Positions 56,897 to 64,000 of a stretch of 64,000 bases of DNA are shown here, one piece after another. The notes beneath the pieces are model-generated. The model was not told the origin of the DNA, ran no database searches, and saw only the letters and a list, made by a program, of their open reading frames with translations. This DNA comes from Candidatus Versatilivorator sp. GTDB lineage: Bacteria > Acidobacteriota > Terriglobia > Versatilivoradales > Versatilivoraceae. A program made the translations under genes and the position numbers. The stretch lies in NCBI GenBank assembly GCA_965207735.1, contig OZ242296.1, forward strand, positions 96,001 to 160,000, read 5' to 3'. Positions within the stretch are counted from its first letter, which is position 1, and every line of letters begins with the position of its first letter.

Positions 56897-58007
56897 CCCG
56901 CATTTCTCAGTGCGCCATGGAAAGGCGCCTTCTTCCAACGGGTGCGAAACCCGTCCAACAACTGTCGCTCCGGTTGGTAGCAGCCAGGGCGGATCATGGA
57001 GGTAACGATATGGTCTGAAGCCCTCTGGTGTCAAAGGGCCGCTTAAGGCGGTTCAGCGAGCATGCGGGCCGGAACGCGAGTGAACGTCGAGCAGGCCTCG
57101 AAACGGGCAATGCGGGGGTCGACCCACCTGAGAAATGGGGAAGGCCGAAGACGGAGGGGGAAGCGAGCGACGCGGGCACCCCTTTGGACCCGCCGGGGTA
57201 GTGGCGCTGGCACGCATGGAAGGGGAAGAAGGCAGCAACATGGGAAGCCCTGTGGGTGGTGAGGCACGCACCGAACCGGAAGCTCGCGAGAGTCAGTCTA
57301 GGCCGACAGGGTGGCGGAGAGGCCTGTAGTACCGGAGAAGCCGGGTAATACCGGTGGAGGGAAGGGGCCTCAGGTGAGGAGCGGTGACCGAAGGGGGAAG
57401 GGTCCCGGGAGTGGCGAAAGCCTGAAACCCCGACCAAAAAAGGGCCGGAGACTCCGGAAGCATCACATGCAAAAGTGAAAGGGTCGTCGGAGGAGGACGG
57501 CGTCGTCAGGGCATCAACAGGCCTGGCGGCAACCCGGGAGCGGAAGTGGATGGAGTGGGGACGGGTGCCAATCCCATAGGAGTCGTCCACGGATGCGAGC
57601 GGGGACCTGTGTGCGAGACGCATGATCCCACTGGAGAGCCGAGATGCGGGAAAACCGCACGTCCGGTTCGGAGAGCGGGGACTGGAAACGTGATAAGGGA
57701 GCCGGACTGAGGCCCGAAGCGAAAGCGACGGAATAGCCACCGGACCCTATAGTCAACGCGCCAGTCCTCGACTCTACCCAGGTCGCTGGTGCCATGACGA
57801 AAAGTAGTTTATCTTCAGTACTTTGATTGGCTCCCTGGTAAGGGCTTGCGGGTAACAGACGGCGCTGGGCATGCCCTGGCTTGTCTTTTTCCGTTCAGCG
57901 CGCACATGCTCCCTCGCGCGTAGTGACCGCTACGCTCTTCGGTCGCGAGCACGCGCTGAAGGGAAAAATCCTGCGCCATGTTCATGCCCCCTGGTGAGAA
58001 ATGCGGG
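56897..58007. mobile_element. MITE (~245 bp without the intron), interrupted by a group II intron
   Basis: Removing the intron restores ctagcccgcatttctca|ccagg, the exact reverse complement of cctggtgagaaatgcgggctag (57990-58011). CTAG on both flanks; internal hairpin ~57886-57967. Confidence 0.85.
56910..57777 (+). ncRNA. Group II intron, ORF-less (IIB-like)
   Basis: 5' GTGCG at 56910; domain V GAGCCG.GATGCGGGAAAACCGCACGTCCGGTTC at 57636-57669; long domain VI ending CTCGACTCTAC at 57777; no RT ORF. Confidence 0.92.
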
Positions 58008-59681
58008 CTAGAAGAGCCCCACCACCCTTCCTTCTTCATCCAGATCGATCTCATTGGCCGCCGGACGTCTGGGGAGACCCGGCATGGTCAGGATGTCACC
58101 GCAGATGACCACCAGGAATTCGGCTCCGGTGGCCAGCCGCACATCCTTGACCGGCAGGACGTGCCCCGAGGGGGCGCCTCTCAGCAGAGGGTCGGTGGAG
58201 AATGAATACTGGGTCTTGGCGATGCAGACCGGATAGTGTCCGAATCCTTCCTTCTGATAGCGGCGGATCCTGGCCCGTATCCGGGAGTCGGCGACCACCT
58301 CGGAGGCGCCGTAGATCCGGGTGGCCACCTTGGTGATCTTTTCCCACAGAGAGTCCTTCTCATCGTAGACGAATTTGAAGTTGGCTCGGGTGGTGGCGAT
58401 GGTTTCCACCACCGTTTGGGCCAGGTCCAGGGAGCCTTGGCTGCCCCGGGCCCAGTGGTCGCAGGCCACCACCGGGACCGAGTGGTGTGCCATGCGGTCT
58501 TTGAGGAGTGCGATCTCTGCCGGGGTGTCGTGGCTGAATCCATTGATGGCCACCACGCAGGGAAGGCCATAGTGGTTGCGTATGTTGTTCAGGTGCCGTT
58601 CCAGGTTGGGGATCCCTCTTTCCAGGCTCTCCAGGTCTTCACGCTCCAGGGAGTTCTTGTCGGCTCCCCCGTGGTACTTGAGCGCGCGCAGGGTGGCCAC
58701 CAGCACCACCAGGTCGGGGCGGAGCCCGGCCTTGCGACATTTGATATCGAAAAATTTCTCCGCGCCCAGATCGGCTCCGAATCCGGCCTCGGTCACCAGG
58801 TAGTCGGCAAGCCCCAACCCGGTGAGGGTGGCGATCACGGAGTTGCAGCCGTGGGCGATATTGGCGAAGGGGCCTCCATGCACCAGGGCCAGGTTGTTTT
58901 CCAGCGTCTGGACCAGGTTGGGCTTGATGGCCTCCTTGAGCAGCACGGCCATGGCTCCATGGGCATCCAGGTCGCTGGCCCGGATGGGTTCCCGGGTACG
59001 GCTGTAGCCGACGGTGATGTTGCCCAACCGCTGCTTGAGTTCCTGCAGTGAACGGGAAAGGCAGAGAATGGCCATCACTTCCGAGGCCGCCACGATTTCA
59101 AAGCCGCCTTCCCTGGGATAGCTGTTGCCCAGGCCTCCCAGACCCAGGACGATTCGACGCAGTGCCCGATCGTTCAGGTCGACCACCCGATTCCAGGTCA
59201 CCCGCCGGAGATCCAGGTCCAAGCGGTTTCCCTGGTGGATGTGGTTGTCCATCATCGCGGCCAGAAGATTGTGCGCCAGGCCCAGGGCGTGAAAGTCGCC
59301 GGTGAAGTGCAGGTTGATGTCTTCCATGGGAACCACCTGGGCCATCCCGCCTCCGGCGGCGCCTCCCTTCATGCCGAAACAGGGGCCCAGGGAGGGTTCT
59401 CGCAGACAGATCAAGGCCTTCTTGCCCAGGCGGTTGAGCGCGTCTCCCAACCCCACCACGGTGGTGGTCTTGCCTTCTCCGGCCGGAGTGGGAGAAATGG
59501 CGGTCACCAGGATGAGTTTCCCTTGTCCCCGTCGTTCCGAGTTCAAGGTGGCCGGCGACAGCTTGGCCTTGTAGTGGCCGTAGGGTTCAAGGTGGTCCAC
59601 CGGAATCCGGAACTTTTCCCTGGCCAGGTCCACCACATTTATCAGTTTGGCTCGGCGGGCGATCTCGAGGTCGGTTTGCAC
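58008..59681 (-). CDS. fhs: Formate--tetrahydrofolate ligase
   Basis: [44 protein letters not shown] and TMPGLP motifs; GTG start with GGAGG RBS. Confidence 0.97.
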   Translation of the reverse strand: MQTDLEIARRAKLINVVDLAREKFRIPVDHLEPYGHYKAKLSPATLNSERRGQGKLILVTAISPTPAGEGKTTTVVGLGDALNRLGKKALICLREPSLGPCFGMKGGAAGGGMAQVVPMEDINLHFTGDFHALGLAHNLLAAMMDNHIHQGNRLDLDLRRVTWNRVVDLNDRALRRIVLGLGGLGNSYPREGGFEIVAASEVMAILCLSRSLQELKQRLGNITVGYSRTREPIRASDLDAHGAMAVLLKEAIKPNLVQTLENNLALVHGGPFANIAHGCNSVIATLTGLGLADYLVTEAGFGADLGAEKFFDIKCRKAGLRPDLVVLVATLRALKYHGGADKNSLEREDLESLERGIPNLERHLNNIRNHYGLPCVVAINGFSHDTPAEIALLKDRMAHHSVPVVACDHWARGSQGSLDLAQTVVETIATTRANFKFVYDEKDSLWEKITKVATRIYGASEVVADSRIRARIRRYQKEGFGHYPVCIAKTQYSFSTDPLLRGAPSGHVLPVKDVRLATGAEFLVVICGDILTMPGLPRRPAANEIDLDEEGRVVGLF

Positions 59682-59899
59682 TGGCGGCGGTCCTCCACTC
59701 CGATCCGGGAAGGCTCGATATGCCTTTGGATCGGGGCTCAACGGTTTGGGACAAGCGGCCGCACCCGGGGCTCGCTTAACGGCGTCCGGAACGGAGAGTG
59801 GCCGGCGTCTCCCGGTAAACCAGGTTTCCGTTCCCGGAACAGCGCACCGTGCCATAATACGGAAATTCGCCGGTTGCTTCAATTCCAGGAGGTTGCCCT

Positions 59900-60883
59900 G
59901 TGCCCAGCGTCATGATCTTCATCCAGTTTCTGCAAGACCCGAACGGCCCCCATGTGAGCCTGCTGAGGGAGGCCGGGCTGGAGGTCCGTTTCCCTCCCAG
60001 GCCGGACATCTCGGACGAGAAGGAAACCATCCGGGTGCTGCAGGGGATCTCGGCCACCATCGCCGGGGGAGAGCCCTACAGCCGGCCGGTAATGGCCGCA
60101 CTGCCGGATTTGAGAGTGATCTCCCGCTGGGGGGTGGGTGTCGACCGCATCGACATGGAGGCGGTGACCCGTGGCAACGTGGCGGTCACCATCACCCCCA
60201 CCACCAACTACGAGGCAGTGGCCGAACATGCGGTGGCGCTGCTGTTGGCAACGAGTCGTTTTCTGGTTCAGAGGAACGACGAAATCCACCGGGGTCTTTG
60301 GAAGCGGAAGTGTTCGCTGCCCCTTCGGGAAAAGACGCTGGGCGTGATCGGATTGGGGCGTATCGGCCGGAGCGTGGCCGTGCGGGCCAAGGCCTTCCGG
60401 ATGCGGCTGCTGGCCCACGAGGCCTTTCCGGACCGGGACTTCGCTCGGAAACACGACATCGAGCTGGTGGATTTGGACACCCTGCTGGCGTGTTCCGACT
60501 ACGTCAGCCTGCACGTGCCCCTGACAGAGGAGACCCGCGGCCTGATCAACCGGCAGACGATTTCACGGATGAAACAGGGAGCCCTCCTGGTCAACACCTC
60601 CCGCGGTGGTCTGGTGGTCGAGGAGGACCTGGTGGATGCATTGAAGAGCGGTCGGCTGGGCGGGGCCGGACTGGACGTCTTTGTGCAAGAGCCCATCCAG
60701 AGGGACCATCCCTTGCTGGAACTGGACAACGTCCTGGTCAGCGATCACACGGCCGGCATCGACACCCGCTCGGTGGAGGACATGGCCGTGGAGGCAGCCC
60801 GGAACATCGTGGAGCTTTACCGCGGGGGATGGCCGGCCTCGGCGGTGGCCAATCCCGCCGTGCGTGAAACCTGGAAGTGGTAA
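59900..60883 (+). CDS. D-2-hydroxyacid dehydrogenase (phosphoglycerate dehydrogenase-like)
   Basis: GVGVD, GLGRIG, NTSRG, LDVF..EP and H.AG motifs. Confidence 0.9.
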   Translation: MPSVMIFIQFLQDPNGPHVSLLREAGLEVRFPPRPDISDEKETIRVLQGISATIAGGEPYSRPVMAALPDLRVISRWGVGVDRIDMEAVTRGNVAVTITPTTNYEAVAEHAVALLLATSRFLVQRNDEIHRGLWKRKCSLPLREKTLGVIGLGRIGRSVAVRAKAFRMRLLAHEAFPDRDFARKHDIELVDLDTLLACSDYVSLHVPLTEETRGLINRQTISRMKQGALLVNTSRGGLVVEEDLVDALKSGRLGGAGLDVFVQEPIQRDHPLLELDNVLVSDHTAGIDTRSVEDMAVEAARNIVELYRGGWPASAVANPAVRETWKW

Positions 60884-60940
60884 GGCCGTCCAGAGGACAC
60901 CAATATCCGCCAAGGGAGCCGGCGCCGAGACAAAAGAGAT

Positions 60941-60987
60941 ATCCACGAAGGGACACGTAGGACGACGAAGGGGCACGAAGAACGACC
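60941..60987 (+). repeat. CCACGAAGG dispersed repeat
   Basis: atccacgaagggacacgtaggacgacgaaggggcacgaagaacgac. Confidence 0.8.
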
Positions 60988-61007
60988 AAAATTGCTGATC
61001 TGAGAGC

Positions 61008-62372
61008 TCACTCCGCAGCAGCGTTCCGGGCCAGGGAGGCGCGGATGATCTCCCGGTCGTTGCGGGCGAAGATGTGCCGGTTGGCGTAGGCGGGGTGGGA
61101 CCAGTTGACGGCGCCGGCCTGGCGCCGCCCAATCCCCATGCGGGAGGTGGGAGCGATCAGATGGGTCCGGTCGATCTCCTGGTAGCCTGAAGGCGACAGC
61201 CTGGCGATGATCAGCTCGCCCCGGTCGTTGGAAATGAAGTATCGGTCCCCGTGGCGGACCAGAAAGGCCGTGGCCCAGCGAGCCTTTTCCCCGGTCACCG
61301 CCAGCGTCTCCCACAGCCGTTGGCCGGTGGCGGCGCTCAGACCCCTGAGGTGTCCATAGCTACAGACCCCATAGAGGGTGTCCCCGTCGATCACCGGCGT
61401 GCTGATGAGGGAGTGAAGCGTGTCGGTATCGATCTCGCTGTCGCTCTTGCCGCGCCAGATCAGTTGGGCCGTCGGGGACTGCCGATCCAGATCCAGCATC
61501 ATGGATCCGTTCACGAAGGCGCTGACCAGCAATCGCGAGCCACTGAACACGGGGGTGGCCACCGAAAGGCCCTTGTCCGACCGAAAGGGCTGCTGCCAGA
61601 GGAGCTCGCCGGTTCGGGGAGCGAGGGCGCTCACCGCCTTGGGATGCCAGACGATCAGTTGACGGCGTCCGCCGGCTGAGATGAGGATCGGGGGGGCGTA
61701 ACCGGGTTCCGAGTCCGAAGGCAGCGCCCGCCAGAGCTCCCGGCCGGTCTGCTTGTCGAAGGCTACCACCTTGGCTCCCTCCCGCCCACCCACCAGGGCA
61801 ATCAGGCGAGGGCCGTCCACCAGGGGAGCACCCACCATGCCCCAGACGGGGACCTCGGTTCCATAATCCCGCACGAAGTCCTTTTGCCACAGGATCTCGC
61901 CGCTGTCGGTACGGAGGCAATAGAGCGCCCCCTTGGCTCCCAGGACGTAGACTCGACTGCCGTCTACGGTGGGAGTGGCCCGGGGACCGATGGCATAGCT
62001 TCCGGACAGCCCCGTGTAGTCGGCCTTCCAGGAGCGGCTCCAGAGTTGGCGACCGCTGGTCTCGTCCAGGGCCAGCAGGCGTTCGGTTCCCTTGCGGGCG
62101 GTTTCGGCCAGAAAATCCAGTACGAAGACGCGACCCTCGGCCACGGCGGGGCCGGCGTAGCCGCTGCCCAGAGGCTGCCGCCATTTCACCTGCAGGCCCG
62201 ACGGGGGAAATCGCTGCAGAATGCCGTCTTCGCGCCAGACTCCCCCTCGTCCCTCGCCCCGCCATTCGGGCCAGTCGGCGGCCCAGCTCGGAGCAATCAG
62301 CCAGGTCGCCAGCAGGAGCAGGGCGGAACCGGACCTTTGGAAAGGGAAGGGAACTCTCATGGTGTCTTGCAT
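61008..62372 (-). CDS. PQQ-binding-like beta-propeller protein
   Basis: ADWPEWRG, GPRATP, AFDK.TG.ELW and WSHPAYAN motifs. Confidence 0.9.
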   Translation of the reverse strand: MQDTMRVPFPFQRSGSALLLLATWLIAPSWAADWPEWRGEGRGGVWREDGILQRFPPSGLQVKWRQPLGSGYAGPAVAEGRVFVLDFLAETARKGTERLLALDETSGRQLWSRSWKADYTGLSGSYAIGPRATPTVDGSRVYVLGAKGALYCLRTDSGEILWQKDFVRDYGTEVPVWGMVGAPLVDGPRLIALVGGREGAKVVAFDKQTGRELWRALPSDSEPGYAPPILISAGGRRQLIVWHPKAVSALAPRTGELLWQQPFRSDKGLSVATPVFSGSRLLVSAFVNGSMMLDLDRQSPTAQLIWRGKSDSEIDTDTLHSLISTPVIDGDTLYGVCSYGHLRGLSAATGQRLWETLAVTGEKARWATAFLVRHGDRYFISNDRGELIIARLSPSGYQEIDRTHLIAPTSRMGIGRRQAGAVNWSHPAYANRHIFARNDREIIRASLARNAAAE

Positions 62373-62402
62373 GGACTCTTGCCGGAGGCGCGGGGACGAA
62401 TT

Positions 62403-63308
62403 TCAGCGCATATGCCAGGGTATGGTCAGGGGCTTGGCGCCGTTCAGCTCGGCGTACCCGATCCCCGTGGTCCCCTTGGGGTCGGGGCCGAAGTAGCGGT
62501 CGTCCAGGGGATCGGCGGCCGGCTGAAAGCGAATGTCACAGGAGAGCCGCACCCGCCCGGCCTGCGACCGGTTGTCCAGGGAGCCGTGCAGGGTGTGCAT
62601 GCCGAAGGCTACCAGATCTCCCGGGCCGAAATCGGCGGTCAGGAGCTTGACCTGACGCTGCCGGGCCAGCTCCACCGGGTGGGGGTCCACCATCACTTTG
62701 GGTGAAGAGGTGGAGTTGTAGTCGATGGCGCGAGCCCTTTCGATCAGGTCCGAGAACCGATTGGAGCCCTCGACCACCACCAGCGGACCCTCCTCGACGG
62801 TCACTTCGCCCAGGGCCAGCCACACGGTGTGAACCCGCTGCGAGCCCCTGGCAAAGAAGGGATGGTCGTAGTGAAGGCCGGTGGAGCGGCCAGGGACGGC
62901 CACCCGGAGGAAGATGTAGTCCTGGGGCCTGCTGGGCGCTCCCAGCACCCGGTCCATGATCCCGCGAAGCTGCCCGCCGTGGGTCACTTGCCGAATCGCC
63001 GGGCCTTCGCTGACCGACTTCCAGAAGGCGCCCAGTCCCTCCGGCCGCTCCTGCCTCCGGCTGGTCCCGGTAAAGATGCCCTCGATGGCCGGAGGATGGA
63101 TCTCGCCCACCTCCACCAGGGCTTCCAGGATCTCCTGGCGCGCGGCCATTACCTGCTCGTAGTCCAGCGCCTGTCGCAGCAGCAGGTATCCCTCGTTCCG
63201 GAGCCGCCGCTGCAGCTCGGTGGGATCGTCCAGGCAGGAAGAACTGTCGCTCAGCTCGCCAACGATTTCGGGGGGAATTTCCTGTTCCTGGACCACACAC
63301 TCTGGCAT
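62403..63308 (-). CDS. Phytanoyl-CoA dioxygenase family (Fe/2OG) protein
   Basis: HYD, W.ALG, GPL.VVEGS, GD.V.F...TLH.S and RLSCDIRFQ motifs. Confidence 0.9.
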   Translation of the reverse strand: MPECVVQEQEIPPEIVGELSDSSSCLDDPTELQRRLRNEGYLLLRQALDYEQVMAARQEILEALVEVGEIHPPAIEGIFTGTSRRQERPEGLGAFWKSVSEGPAIRQVTHGGQLRGIMDRVLGAPSRPQDYIFLRVAVPGRSTGLHYDHPFFARGSQRVHTVWLALGEVTVEEGPLVVVEGSNRFSDLIERARAIDYNSTSSPKVMVDPHPVELARQRQVKLLTADFGPGDLVAFGMHTLHGSLDNRSQAGRVRLSCDIRFQPAADPLDDRYFGPDPKGTTGIGYAELNGAKPLTIPWHMR

Positions 63309-63486
63309 TGGGGGCACCTCTTCGTTTCGTGGGAGGGCAATTGTATCCGGAAACCCCGGAGAGAGAAAGCAGAACCGCCGATGCTTCCCGCCGGCCATTG
63401 CGGGTATGGCTTCTCCCGGGGTATGCTGGTGTCTCAAGGTTGATGGCGGTTTTTCCATCGCGGCCTGATTCCAGGGAGATTTGGCG

Positions 63487-64000
63487 ATGTTTGACAGAGG
63501 CTCAAGGTCCGGTCCCCAAGTGCCGCCGGCACGGTGGTCCGGACCGGCCATCGGCGCGGCGAGGTCGGGGTTGCTGTCCTGGGTGGGTGCATTTCTGCTC
63601 GCCCTGACGGGCGCCGCCCATGTCGGGGCTGAGGATCGGCAGCCGGGGTTGGCTCCGGCGGAACTGTCGGGGATGCAGTTCAGCCTCGACGGGATGAGCT
63701 CGGAGGGAATCCGTGAGGGCCACACGTTGCTCTTCCGCGACCAGGTGGAGTTCAATGCCAGCAGGACCGTGGCGGAGGACGCTCGCCTGGACGATTCCGG
63801 GAGCTACGCCTACCGGAGGACAGGGCCAGACACGGCAACCCTGACAACCACCTCCGCAGATCCCGGTCGGGAGACCTGCAGCACCCTCCTCAACTTCACT
63901 TCGGCCACCACCGGCATCTACACGAGTTGGTGCCATCAGGGCGTCAGCAGCACCGGGCAGTTTCAACTGGCGGTAGAGGACCCCTTCTGTGCTTCCCTAT
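63487..64000 (+). CDS. Secreted hypothetical protein (runs off the window end)
   Basis: Open frame from ATG 63487 with a signal-like segment (AFLLALTGAAHVGA) and GSYAYRRTGPDTATL...LNFTSATTG beta-rich motif; absent from the ORF track because it has no stop. Confidence 0.65.
   Translation, partial: MFDRGSRSGPQVPPARWSGPAIGAARSGLLSWVGAFLLALTGAAHVGAEDRQPGLAPAELSGMQFSLDGMSSEGIREGHTLLFRDQVEFNASRTVAEDARLDDSGSYAYRRTGPDTATLTTTSADPGRETCSTLLNFTSATTGIYTSWCHQGVSSTGQFQLAVEDPFCASL

Noticed and set aside
56994-57795. ORFs within the intron region
   Set aside because: They are translations of structured intron RNA, with no RT (YADD) or maturase motifs.
59682-59899. ZTP or THF riboswitch upstream of fhs
   Set aside because: No recognisable consensus by eye; an Infernal search would be needed.

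Overview
High-GC bacterial chromosome segment. The gene content is Acidobacteria-like (inference). It starts with a housekeeping block (purL-purF-purM-purN, tyrS). A long accessory region follows, with catabolic and secreted enzymes and a Planctomycete-type PPC/DUF1549-DUF1553/DUF1501 trio. There is a seven-gene YjfI-PspA-DUF4178-DUF2617-coiled-coil-DUF350-aminopropyltransferase operon, and fhs near the right end. The most striking signal is a hierarchy of mobile DNA inserted into other mobile or repeat DNA. (i) An 868-nt ORF-less group II intron sits exactly inside the left terminal inverted repeat (TIR) of a ~245-bp MITE, and its EBS1/EBS2 are complementary to that TIR. (ii) One IS1634-family element is inserted in the terminal IR of another, with a GTTAAA duplication. 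(iii) Two unrelated IS elements have landed in the same dispersed CCACGAAGG repeat family. A Tat-exported DHDPS-family protein has Glu in place of the Schiff-base Lys. No rRNA, tRNA or CRISPR array was seen. All family assignments come from motif recognition only; no database search was run.
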